From the NCBI GenBank assembly GCA_009914755.4, contig CP068257.2, forward strand, positions 42,016,001 to 42,080,000: DNA of 64,000 nucleotides. Direction: 5' to 3'. Below the pieces are notes generated by a model. The model ran no database searches and was not told where the DNA came from. It worked only from the letters and a program-made list of their open reading frames with translations. Both the position numbers and the translations under genes were made by a program. Shown here in pieces: positions 46,154 to 58,953 of this stretch. This stretch comes from the human T2T-CHM13v2.0 reference genome, Homo sapiens. Each line of letters begins with the position of its first letter. Position 1 is the first letter of the stretch.

Positions 46154-46336
46154 GAACTGTTTGCATCATTAGATAAAAAATAAAGCTTAATTGAAAAACA
46201 GTATGATTTCTATCATATAAAAGCAAACATAGAAAATGAGTCGTATGGCAAACCACAGCCTTGCTCCCGACATGCCTCACGAGCCCCATATACCCACAGA
46301 GGCCAGGAGCAGCCAGACTCACTGGCTTTACAGTTT

Positions 46337-46481
46337 GGTTTTGTTTGTTTTAACTTTTTTGCAGAGAACGGGGTCTCCCTATGTTGCCCAGGCTGGTCTC
46401 GAACTCCTGGGCTCAAGCAATCCTCCCGCCTTGGCCTCGCAAAGTGCTGGGATTACAGACATAAGCCCCGTGCCTGACCGG
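46337..46481 (-). mobile_element. Free left Alu monomer (antisense) with the TSD ggctttaYagt
   Basis: Reverse complement of the left monomer only: ...GGGGTCTCCCTATGTTGCCCAGGCTGGTCTCGAACTCCTGGGCTCAAGCAATCCTCCCGCCTTGGCCTCGCAAAGTGCTGGGATTACAGACATAAGCCCCGTGCCTGACC. Confidence 0.8.
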
Positions 46482-46491
46482 CTTTATAGTC

Positions 46492-46817
46492 TTTTTTTTT
46501 TTTTTTTAGACGGAGTCTCACTCTCTCACCCAGGCTGGAGTGCAGTGGCGCAATCTAGGCTCACTGCAAGCTCCACCTCCCGGGTTCACACATTCTCCTG
46601 CCTCAGCCTCCCAAGTAGCTGGGACTACAGGCGCCCACAACCACGCCTAACTTTTTGTTAAATTAGCACACCATGCTAATTTTTTGTATTTTTTTTTTTT
46701 AGTAGAGACGGGGTTTCACCGTGTTAGCCAGGATGGTCTCGAACTCCTGACCTCGTGATCCGCCCGCCTCGGCCTCCCAAAGTGCTGGAATTACAGGCGT
46801 GAGCCACCGTGCCTGGC
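46492..46817 (-). mobile_element. Alu (antisense) inserted at the same target as the preceding monomer (TSD ctttaYagtc)
   Basis: T16, then AGACGGAGTCTCACTCTCTCACCCAGG... through ...GCGTGAGCCACCGTGCCTGGCC. Confidence 0.9.
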
Positions 46818-47023
46818 CGACTTTACAGTCTTAAACGGGTTGTTGTGCTCCCTTTTTCTTGGGTGGGGGGGTTTGCACACCTTCAGTTGAATTCGTGCAA
46901 GTTAGAAGAGATTCCACCATAGTGAAAAAGTGGTGACTCTACCTAAATGTCCATTAACTGAGAACACAGCTGGCTGAAGACAGCCACAGAATAGTCATAT
47001 ACTGGAGTAAAATGCAGTCACAG

Positions 47024-47120
47024 GCTGGGCGCGGTGGGTCACACCTGTACTGTCTGCACTTTGGGAGGCCGAGATGCCAGGAGTTCAAGACAGGCTGGGC
47101 AGCAGAGTGAGCCCTGTCTG
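47024..47120 (+). mobile_element. Alu fragment with internal deletions
   Basis: GGCTGGGCGCGGTGGGTCACACCTGTACTGTCTGCACTTTGGGAGGCCGAGATGCCAGGAGTTCAAGACAGGCTGGGCAGCAGAGTGAGCCCTGTCT. Confidence 0.7.
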
Positions 47121-47545
47121 ATATAGCTTGGATATTGGTCCCTGCCCAAATCTCATGTTGGAATGTGATCCCTGGTGCTGGAGGTGGGACCTGATGGGAG
47201 GTGGAGGTCATGGGGGCGACTCCCTCAAGAATGGCTGGGGCCATCCCCTTGGCGACAACTGAGCTCCCTGCTCTGAGTTCACAGGAGAACTGGGTGTGTA
47301 GAAGTGTGTGGCACCCCCACCCCTCACTCTCTTGCTCCTGCTTTTGCCCTGTTGCGGCGCCTGCTCCCTGCTCGCCTCCCACCATGAGTGCGAGCTTCCC
47401 AAGGCCTCCCCAGAAGCTGATGCCAGAGCCAAGCTTCCTGTGCAGCCTGCAGAACCGTGAGCCAATTAAAGCTCTTTTCTTTATAAATAACCCAGTCTCA
47501 GGTATTTCTTTATAGCAATATGAGAACAGTCTAATACACTGTCTC
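47121..47545 (+). mobile_element. MaLR (MST/THE1-type) solo LTR
   Basis: TGATATAGCTTGGATATTGGTCCCTGCCCAAATCTCATGTTGGAATGTGATCCCTGGTGCTGGAGGTGGGACCTGATGGGAGGTGG... through ...CTGCAGAACCGTGAGCCAATTAAAGCTCTTTTCTTTATAAATAACCCAGTCTCAGGTATTTCTTTATAGCAATATGAGAACAGTCTAATACAC. Confidence 0.75.
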
Positions 47546-47559
47546 TACAAAGAAAATTA

Positions 47560-47760
<201 letters not shown>

Positions 47761-47947
47761 TTATTTTGCTGTTTATTTTTCTTTTTTCAGCAGGTGAGTT
47801 GGTGCACACCCTATAGCCGATTCCAGCTCTGTGGTGCCGTCCTGCTGTTATGTGATTATTTACAGGAGAGTTCACTTGGTTCACATCAGGGGTCACTCAT
47901 GATGGGCCCTTCTCTGGGTCTGTCAAATGCTAATCTCATGTGCAGAC

Positions 47948-48093
47948 CATCACAGTGTCCTTTTCCGGCCCTAAAGCCCGCTGTGCTTCTCATATCCATT
48001 TCTTTCCCCCTTGACCATCACAGTGTCACACAAAGTCGTTTTCTGGCCCTAAAGCCCACTGTGCTTCTCCTATCCTTTCCTTTCCCCCTTGTC
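47948..48093 (+). repeat. Tandem duplication of about 70-78 bp
   Basis: CATCACAGTGTC...GGCCCTAAAGCCCGCTGTGCTTCTCATATCC...TTTCCCCCTTG occurs twice in tandem with a few indels. Confidence 0.8.
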
Positions 48094-48121
48094 CTAACCT
48101 TCTGACAACACCTGACCATTT

Positions 48122-48400
48122 TCTTTTTTTGGAGAGAGGGTCTGCTCTGACTCCTAGACTGGAGTGCAGAGGCATGATCTTGGCTCACTGAAACCTCTGC
48201 CTCCTGGACTCAAGCAATCCTCCTGCCTTAGCCTTTCTCAAATAGCTAGGTCTACGCTACAGGGGTGTGCCACCACACATGGTTAATTTTTGGGTTTTTT
48301 TTGTTTTGTTTTGTTTTGTTTGAGATGGGGCCCCACTATATTGTCCAACCTGGTCTTGAACTCCTGGGCTCAAACATCCACCTGCCTCGGCCTCCCAAAG
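48122..48400 (-). mobile_element. Old Alu (AluJ-like, antisense) whose 5' end continues into a 30-bp VNTR
   Basis: TTTTTTTGGAGAGAGGGTCTGCTCTGACTCCTAGACTGGAGTGCAGAGGCATGATCTTGGCTCACTGAAACCTCTGCC...(GTTTT)n...CCTCGGCCTCCCAAAG. Confidence 0.85.
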
Positions 48401-48557
48401 TGCTGGGATGACAGGCATGAGCCACCGCGCCTGCTGGGATGACGGCATGAGCCACCGCGCCTGCTGGGATGGCGGCATGAGCCACCGTGCCTGCTGGGAT
48501 AATGGCATGAGCCACCGCGCCTGCTGGGATGACAGGCATGAGCCACCACGCCCAGCC
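48401..48557 (+). repeat. 30-31 bp VNTR in 5 copies, derived from the 5' end of an antisense Alu
   Basis: TGCTGGGATGACAGGCATGAGCCACCGCGCC | TGCTGGGATGACGGCATGAGCCACCGCGCC | TGCTGGGATGGCGGCATGAGCCACCGTGCC | TGCTGGGATAATGGCATGAGCCACCGCGCC | TGCTGGGATGACAGGCATGAGCCACCACGCCCAGCC. Confidence 0.9.
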
Positions 48558-48689
48558 TCCTGACCTTTTAATTATCTCCATAGTTTTACCTTTTCCAGGA
48601 TGTCACTTGGTTGGAGTCACACAGTAGGCAGACTCTTCAGATCAGTGTCTTTCACTTGGTAATGTGCACCTAACGTTTCCTCACTATCG

Positions 48690-49540
<851 letters not shown>

Positions 49541-49545
<5 letters not shown>

Positions 49546-49848
49546 GTTGTGGTGGCTCACACCCGTAATCTGAGCACTTTGGGAGGCCGAGGCAGGCAGA
49601 TCACTTGAGCTCAGGAGTTTGAGACCAGCTTGGGCGACATGGTGAGACCTCTTCTCTACAAAATAAAAAAAGAGTACAAAAATTAGCCCGGCATGGTGAC
49701 ACACGCCTGTAGTACCCGCTACTCAGGAGGCTAAGGCGGGAGGATCACTTTAGCCCAGGGGACAGAGGTTGCAGTGAGCTGATGTGTGCTACTGTACTGC
49801 ACTCCAGCCTGGGTGGTAGAGCAAGACCCTATTTAAAAAAAAAAAAAG
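49541..49848 (+). mobile_element. Alu
   Basis: CGCCAGTTGTGGTGGCTCACACCCGTAATCTGAGCACTTTGGGAGG... through the poly-A12. Confidence 0.9.
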
Positions 49849-49855
49849 GAAAAAA

Positions 49856-50126
49856 GGCTGGGCGCAGTGGCTCATGCCTGTAATCCCAGCACTTTGGGAG
49901 GCTGAGGCGGGCGGATTACTTGAGGTCAGGAGTTCGAGACCAGCCTGGCCAACATGATAAAACCCCATCTCTACTAAAAATACAAAAATTAGCCGGGTGT
50001 GGTGGCAGGCGCCTGTAATCCCAGCTACTCGGGAGGCCGAGGCAGGAGAATCACTTGAACCTGGGAAGTGGAGGTGTCAGTGGGCCAAGATCACGCCACT
50101 GCACTCCAGCCTGGGCAACAGCAAGA
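49856..50126 (+). mobile_element. Alu whose tail region is replaced by a long GA-rich purine tract
   Basis: GGCTGGGCGCAGTGGCTCATGCC... through ...CACTGCACTCCAGCCTGGGCAACAGCAAGACG. Confidence 0.9.
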
Positions 50127-50248
50127 CGAAAGAGAAAGAGAGAAAGGGAGAAACAGAGGAGAGAAAACAAAGGAAGGAAGGGAAAGAAAGAAAAGAGAGA
50201 AGGAAAGAAAGAGAGAGAGAAAGAAAGAGAGGAAAGAAAGAAAGAAAT
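50127..50248 (+). repeat. Polypurine (GAAA/GAGA-rich) tract. The last 80 nt (50169-50248) are pure A/G.
   Basis: AAAGAGAAAGAGAGAAAGGGAG...GGAAGGAAGGGAAAGAAAGAAAAGAGAGAAGGAAAGAAAGAGAGAGAGAAAGAAAGAGAGGAAAGAAAGAAAGAAA. Confidence 0.9.
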
Positions 50249-50276
50249 CCTTGTATATTTAGGACTCAAATCCTTT

Positions 50277-50450
50277 ATTGATGTTTTGTACGATTTAAAG
50301 ATTCCTTTGGTGGTGGGACGCAATACAGTGACACTCAGCTAGAGGAGAGGCAGAAGCCTGTGTATTGATGTTTTATAAGATCTAAAGATTCTTTTGGTGG
50401 TGGGACGCAATACAGTGACACTCAGCTAGAGGACAGGCAGAAGCCTGTGT
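50277..50450 (+). repeat. 87-bp tandem duplication (2 copies)
   Basis: ATTGATGTTTTGTACGATTTAAAGATTCCTTTGGTGGTGGGACGCAATACAGTGACACTCAGCTAGAGGAGAGGCAGAAGCCTGTGT is followed by a copy with about 6 substitutions. Confidence 0.85.
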
Positions 50451-50479
50451 GACTTACAGCTCTAACAAGAGGCCGCCGC

Positions 50480-50990
50480 CAGGCAGGGTCACACGGGGGA
50501 TTGTGCCTCGGACGTCAGTGGACTGGACACAGCCCAGGAGAGAATCTGCAAGCTGAGGACATGTCCATAGACTTCCCCAACTGAAATGCAAGGAGAAAAA
50601 AGAGTAAAAATAACTGAACAGAATATCCTAGAACTACGGGACAATTATAGAAGGTAATTTACACACTCATAATGGCAATACCAGAAGAGGAGAGGGAGAA
50701 AGGGATAGAAGAAATATTTGAAGTAATAATGGCTTCTCATTTTTCAAAATTGGTGTCAGACACCAAACCACAGATCTAGGAAGCTTAGAGAACACTAAGT
50801 ACAACAAATGCCAAAAAATAGGAACTTTGGCATGTCGTATTCAAACTGCAGGAAACCAGAGACAGAATATCTTGAAAGATGTCGGAGGGAAAGTACCTTC
50901 CTATAGAGGAACAAGAATACGGATCACACTGGACTTCCATCAAAAATCATGTGATCTGGGTACTGGAAGCTACATGTAAAGAAGAAATTC
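50480..50990 (+). mobile_element. Old L1 ORF1-region fragment (the 5' boundary is uncertain)
   Basis: ...GAAATATTTGAAGTAATAATGGCTTCTCATTTTTCAAAATTGGTGTCAGACACCAAACCACAGATCTAGGAAGCTTAGAGAACACTAAG...ATTCAAACTGCAGGAAACCAGAGACAGAATATCTTGAAAGATGTCGGAGGGAAAGTACCTTCCTATAGAGGAACAAGAATA. This resembles the L1 ORF1 coding region. Confidence 0.7.
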
Positions 50991-50992
50991 AT

Positions 50993-51283
50993 GCTCACGC
51001 CTGTAATCCCAGCACTTTGGGAGGCCGAGGCGGGCGGATCACGAGGTCAGGAGATCGAGATCATCCTGGCTAACACGGTGAAACCCCATCTCTACTGAAA
51101 ATACAAAAAAATTAGCCAGGCGTGGCAGTGGGTGCCTATAGTCTCAGCTACTCGGGAGGCTGAGGCAGGAGAATGGCGTGAACCCGGGAGGCGGAGCTTG
51201 CAGTGAGCCGAGATCGTACCACTGGCACTCCAGCCTGGGCGACAGAGACTCGGTCTCAAAAAACAAAACAAAACAAAAACCCA
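50993..51283 (+). mobile_element. Alu (AluY-like, 5' truncated by about 12 nt)
   Basis: GCTCACGCCTGTAATCCCAGCACTTTGGGAGGCCGAGGCGGGCGGATCACGAGGTCAGGAGATCGAGA... through ...GACTCGGTCTCAAAAAACAAAAC. Confidence 0.9.
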
Positions 51284-51452
51284 AAAGAAGAGGCACCTGA
51301 GCCGCTTGCTTGAGCCTGCTCCCACTCTGAAATGTCTTCAGTAAATCTGTGCTTTCCTTGCTTCTCCTGTTGCTTTCTCTTTCATGGCTTGGCTCTTTTG
51401 TTACTTTGTGCATTTTGTTAAAGCATCCCCCGCTAACTAAGACACCGCTCAG

Positions 51453-51776
51453 GGTCGGGCACAGTGGCTCACACCTATAATCCCAGCACTTTGAGAGGCC
51501 GAGGCAGGTGGGTCACCTGAGGTCGGGAGTTCAAGATCAGTCTGACCAACACGGAGACCCCATCTCTACCAAAAATACAAAAAAAAAATTAGCTGGGCGT
51601 GGTGGCACATGCCTATAATCCCGGCTACTCAGAAGGTTGAGGCAGGAGAATCACTTGAACCCGGGAGGCGAGGGTTGCGGTGAGCCGAGATCACGCCATT
51701 GCACTCCAGCCTCTGCCCAACAAGAGCGAAACTCCGTCTCAAAAAAAAAAAAAAAAAGAAAGAAAGAAAAAAAAAA
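51453..51776 (+). mobile_element. Alu with a 12-bp TSD (agacaccgctca)
   Basis: GGGTCGGGCACAGTGGCTCACACC... through ...poly-A(GAAA)n. The TSD is identical on both flanks. Confidence 0.9.
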
Positions 51777-52553
51777 GAGACACCGCTCAAACTTCTGGCC
51801 AAACACAAATCCTGAATGACTTTTAACATCCTTTATGGTAATTAAGGAACCCTGTGGTGCTGGGAGGCAGTTGCTCAAACAACCTCTGGGCATGGTCTGC
51901 TGGCAAGGGCATTTCATTTGCCGCCAGGGTGTGGACGGACATTTATTTACACAGTCATACCTGAGACAGAGTAGGGACGGGCTGGCTCGGTTAACCCCCC
52001 ACTAGAGCATTCTCTCATGCCTTCCACGGATCACACACCCCACGCCACTACCTGGCTTGACACCAAACTCGCTAACCCTGAGACTTTGGTCATACAAGGA
52101 AAACAGCCGTTTATAGTGCTCTTCTGTGCTCTTGTAATATTTAACCAGGCCTTTTACTTAAAGAATTTCAGGAACTGGCCTTAAAAGATCCAGAATATCA
52201 ACCAAGGTTGTAGAATGTCCCCACCTTGGAAAGGAATGCTGAGCAACAGATTTACAGCCTCGCTGCCCCAGCCAGCCAGCTAGCTGGCCCATGACTCAAA
52301 ATAACCGTCGCAACCAGAAGTGCTGATCAGCCTGTCCCAGTCCTCGGAGGCCTTCCCCAGCCCAGCCTGCACACCCTACCCTGATATCAGTTTCCACCCT
52401 TTGCCTGACAAAAAGTCCTAACCAACTCCTTTCCAGGACTCAGTCAGGGACTCTCTCTCCCTTGGGCCGCCTCCCTTATGCCTGGACATAAGCTCCAATG
52501 AAGCCTTGTCTGGGAAAACTCTTTTGGCCCCATGTCAATTTCCATTGCATTGA

Positions 52554-53240
<687 letters not shown>

Positions 53241-53602
53241 AAAGCAAGCTTTTAAAAAAAGTATTGATAACATGACGTGTGGTCACCATAACCATGGTCA
53301 TGTAAAACAAAAATAAAATTCTGAGGCCCCCCAACCATCTGAATGGACTTCCTCCTCAGCCAGGGAACTCTGAAAATTTAACCTGAGAGACTGGTTCAGG
53401 CCATGATGGGAAGTGGGGATGGGATGTGCCTTATTCTACCTCTCCAGCATTAACATCAATGCAGACTTCAAGTCTGATAAGAAACATTTGACAACCCATT
53501 CTCTCTAAAGCCTGCTACCTGAAGGCTTCCTTTGAAAGTAAGAGCTTCAGTCTCTACAATCGTTGATCTTAACAGACGTTCCTTTCTATTGATCCCAGGT
53601 CT

Positions 53603-53900
53603 TTTTTTCTTTTTTTTTTTTGAGGCGGAGTCTCGCTCTGTCACCCAGGCTGGAGTGCAGTGGCGTGATCTCGGCTCACTGCAAGCTCCGCCTCCCGGGT
53701 TCGCCATTCTCCTGCCTCAGCCTCCCAAGTAGCTGAGACTACAGGCTCCCGCCACCACGCCCAGCTAATTTTTTGTATTTTTAGTAGAGATGGGGTTTCA
53801 CCGTGTTAGCCAGGATGGTCTCGATCTCCCGACCTCTTGATTCGCCCACCTCAGCCTCCCAAAGTGCTGGGATTACAGGTGTGAGCCACCGCGCCCGGCC
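53603..53900 (-). mobile_element. Alu (AluY-like, antisense) with the TSD cccaggtcttt
   Basis: T-rich, then GAGGCGGAGTCTCGCTCTGTCACCCAGG...GTTCGCCATTCTCC...GTTAGCCAGGATGGTCTCGATCTCC...GCCACCGCGCCCGGCC. Confidence 0.9.
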
Positions 53901-53945
53901 AGTCCCAGGTCTTTAAATAAACTCAACCAATTGTCAACCAGAAAT

Positions 53946-54232
53946 TTTTTTTTTTTTTTTTTTTTTTGAGAGGGAGTCTCACTCTGTCGCCCAGGCTGGA
54001 ATGCAGTGGCGTGATCTCGGCTCACTGCAAGCTCCGCCTCCTGGTTCACGCCATTCTCCTGCCTCAGCCTCCGAGTAGCTGGGACTACAGGCGCCAGGCT
54101 AATTTTTTTGTATTTTTAGTAGAGATGGGGTTTCACATGTTAGCCAGGATGGTCTCGATCTCCTGACCTTGTGATCCGCCCATCTCGGCCTCCCAAAGTG
54201 CTGGGATTACGGGCATGAGCCACCGTGTCTAC
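53946..54232 (-). mobile_element. Alu (AluY-like, antisense) with the TSD tgtcaaccagaaa
   Basis: T23, then GAGAGGGAGTCTCACTCTGTCGCCCAGG... through ...GCATGAGCCACCGTGTCTAC. Confidence 0.9.
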
Positions 54233-54316
54233 TCTGTCAACCAGAAAATTTTTAAATCTACTTATAAGCTGGAAATCCCCCCAACCCCCTTCAAGTTGTC
54301 TCACATTTCTGGACAA

Positions 54317-54616
54317 AACCAATGTATTTTTTTTTTGAGACAGAGTCTCGCTCTGTCACCCAGGCTGGAGTGCAGTTGCGCGATCTTGGCTCACTGCAAT
54401 CTCCTCCTCCTAGGTTCAAGTGATTCTCCTACCTCAGCCTCCTGAGTAGCTGGGACTACAGGTGCCCGCCATCATGCCTGGCTAATTTTTATATTTTTAG
54501 TAGAGACAGGGTTTCACCATATTGGCCAGGCTGGTTTTGAACTCCTGACCTTGTGATCCTCCTGCCTTGGCCTCCCAAAGTGCTGGGATTACAGGCATGA
54601 GCCACCATTCCTGGCA
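54317..54616 (-). mobile_element. Alu (antisense)
   Basis: T10, then GAGACAGAGTCTCGCTCTGTCACCCAGG... through ...GCATGAGCCACCATTCCTGGC. Confidence 0.9.
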
Positions 54617-54624
54617 AAACCAAT

Positions 54625-54917
54625 TTTTTTTTTTTGAGATGGAGTCTTGCTCTGTCGCCCAGGCTGGAGTCCAGTGGTGTGATCTCGACTCACTGCAACG
54701 TCTGCCTCCTGGGTTCAAGTGATTCTCCTGCCTTAGCCTCCTGAGTTGTCGGGATTACAAGCACACACCACCATGCCCAGCTAATTTTTGTATTTTTAGT
54801 AGAGACAGGGTTTTGCCACGTTGGCCAGGCTGGTCTTGAACTCCCAACCTCAGGTGATTCGCCCACCTTGGCCTCCCAAAGTGCTGGGATTACAAGTGTA
54901 AGCCACCATGCCCAGCC
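54625..54917 (-). mobile_element. Alu (antisense), in tandem with the previous one at a shared target (aaaaccaatgtattt)
   Basis: T13, then GAGATGGAGTCTTGCTCTGTCGCCCAGG... through ...GTGTAAGCCACCATGCCCAGCC. Confidence 0.9.
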
Positions 54918-56981
54918 CAAAACCAATGTATTTCTTAAATGTATTTGATTGAAGTTTCACGTTTCCCTAAAATGTCTAAAACCAACCTGCACCCTGACCA
55001 CCTTGGGCACATGTTCTCAGGACCTCCTGAGGCCTGTGTTGATACGGACAGGAGACAGGGAAATACTGGGTAGAAGAGGGCAGTTCCCTGGGAAAGCCCC
55101 CGCCCTCAAGCCTGGAAACCCACGGCCCTAAATGGGAACAGGCATTCCTGTTTTTGCACCCAAAAGTTGCCTTTTGGTCTGCCATGTCCCCCGTCCTGTA
55201 CCCATATAAACCCCAAATCCCTGTCTCCATGAGGAGACAAACAGAAGAGCAGAAGGATGGCAGAATGGTGGGGCAGAGAGAAGGAGTGTCTGAACACCAA
55301 GAGGAGTTCAGCTGGGGGACGGTCAGAGGGGAGATCAGCTGCTGGACGGCCAAACTCCAAGGGAAGATCATCTTCCCACTCCATCCCCTCTCAGCTCCCC
55401 ATCCATCCCACTGAGAGCCACCTCCACCACTCCATAAAACCCCCGCATTCATCCTTCAAGTCTGTGTGCGACTTGGTTCTTCCTGGATGCTGGATGAGGA
55501 CCTGGGTACCAAGAGGGCACTGGCTGGTTAAGATTTAAGCCATCTGCAGATGGCAAGGCTAAAGAGTGCACTGTAACACATGCCCGCTTGGGCTTCGGGA
55601 GTCGCAGACACCCACCCCTGGATGCTGCTGTGGGGCTGGAGCCCAGGGGCACTCATCCCCGCTCCTGCACCTGCCCGTCTCTGTGCTCCCCCTCCTGTAA
55701 GGGGTTTGAACATGCATGGCGGCTCAACAGACAAGTCACACCCTTGTTGCACATCCTGCAAGAGGGGTCAGGGAACTCTCCCATTTCAGTGTCATGGGCC
55801 ATGGTCACTGATAATTGGCTTAGAATAAATTTCTTTCAATATTTTACAGATTTTGACTCTTTTTGTTGACATTTTCCAAGGTTCACCGTCCTTTGAGGGC
55901 ACACTGTGTTGCCACCATAACTCAGCTGGTCATGCCTCGAATGCTCTGGTGGAAGACCCGCTTGGTGTCAGTTCTCTCAGGTCCTCTCTTTTCTTTCTCA
56001 GTGAATGACTTTCTGGACACCATCTCCAGGACCCCATCCACTTGCCTCCCCAGGTGGAACCCAGCTCTGGGTCTCTCCAACCACTTGTTCCCTAGGGGAG
56101 CCTCCCTGGCCACCACCCAGCTGGGGGCCACCCCTCCAGGGCTCTCTCCCTGGAAAGGCTGACCTAGGGGTACAGGCTGGGGTGGCAGCCCACCCAATCG
56201 AAGCGAGGCATCCCATTCGTCTCCTGGACTGGGCATCTTTTCAGTAGACTCGTAGTGTCTAGAAGGTCTTTACTATCTGAGTCATCAAGGAAAAAGCTTT
56301 GCTCTTGGACTGATAATTAGTGGCAAGTGACATGTGCTCATAAAAACACCAAATTAGCTCATCTGCCCACACAGTGCCTTTCACCCTTGGGTGGTCTCAG
56401 AAGCACCTGCAGAGCTAAAAAGGAGCTCAGCGCCAGGCTCAGTGAGGTAGGACAGGGCTGGGCCTAGGTGTGTGTATCCAGTTCCCTGGGTGACTCTAAA
56501 ATGACCAGTGTGAGAACCACAGGCACTGGCCATCTGCACAACAGCTGGGAACGGGCAACCAGATCTTTGAAAAGCCCAAGAAACCACAGGCAAAAATGTA
56601 CTCACCACAATGACATTTTCAGAGTTTCGATCAGAGCCCTCTGTCGAGAAGGAGGGTCCTGGAGCCCACGGGCCTGGAGGCTGGTCAGCTCTCTTCCATG
56701 CCTCCCCTGCTCTTTCCTCTTAGTGCTTGGGACCAAAGGTGTGATAGGATGGGGGGGGTGGGGGCTGGGGATGGGGAAGGGACCATGGATGATGGATCAA
56801 AGTGTGGAAGGACGAAATCCACTGCAGAGAGAGAGATTCATCAGGCGCTCCTAAGAGCCAAGGGCGAGAGACTCACAGAGTAGGATGAGCAAAGGGTAGT
56901 AAGGGCAGTTGTTGGTGCTGCCTTTGTAGGTTCCTGGGGCTCTCACCCAGCACTGCTTGTCACCAACTCTGTAACCTCTGA

Positions 56982-57565
<584 letters not shown>

Positions 57566-58371
57566 AATGTTAGCTATTATTAATGGACAATTATGACTAA
57601 TTATGAAGTACTTTCTTTTAAAAGCCTAGATCTCTAAGTAATGTCTTCCTCCCTCAGTCCTCAGCACCCGCCTGGTCGGGCATTGGGTCTCACCAAGCTA
57701 CAGAGCCCTAGGTGCGCTGTGTTAGGTCACCAAGACTTTAGTCTGGTGATACTGACCCCAGGGCCCCAAATCACCATGTCTGCAAGTCTGGAACCCAAAG
57801 GCCTCCGTTCCCCGGGGTGGTGCAGGGAAGCCGCAGGGAGTGCGTCAGCTGTGGAGAGCGTAGGGGTGGGAAGTGAAGGCTGTGGGGTCCCCCAGGGGGT
57901 CAGGTTCGTCCTCGAAGGCAGGCCCTCCACAGGAAGACCTGGTTGGGGTGGGATCGGACACGCGGCCCAGACCCAGGCACCTGTGGATGGACGGCCGGGC
58001 ATGTGGCCATCGGCTGGGGGCCTCTGCAGGCCGCGCCACCAGAGTGGGCACTCAGGGTCCGCAAGGGTCTGGGGCGCCCCCAGAGAAGCCCGCCGCCCCA
58101 GGCCGGTGCGGAGTTGACTGGGTCCCCCCGGCCCCGTGTCTGTCAGCTCCCGCGCGGCCCCTGGGAAGGGACGCGGATCGGATGCGGGCTCCGGGCCCTG
58201 CAGGCAGTTGAGAGCGCGGTTCCCTTGGGTATCCGGGGTCCGGGGTCACTTTCGCGCCTCCGCACTATTCCCACGCCCGCGCGCACTCTCGTGGCCATCC
58301 GCGTTGCGAGAGTGTCGCGCCCGGAGGTCAGGGGCGTGGAGCCCGGGCCCCCGAGTCTCCCCTGCGTGCGG

Positions 58372-58405
58372 CGGGGCGCGGGGCGCGGGGCGCGGGGCGC
58401 AGGGC
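58372..58405 (+). repeat. (GGGGCGC)4 G-rich heptamer repeat in the PDXK promoter
   Basis: GCGGGGCGCGGGGCGCGGGGCGCGGGGCGCAGGGC: four consecutive G4 runs. Confidence 0.9.
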
Positions 58406-58425
58406 TGAGGCGGAGCACAATGGTT

Positions 58426-58953
<528 letters not shown>

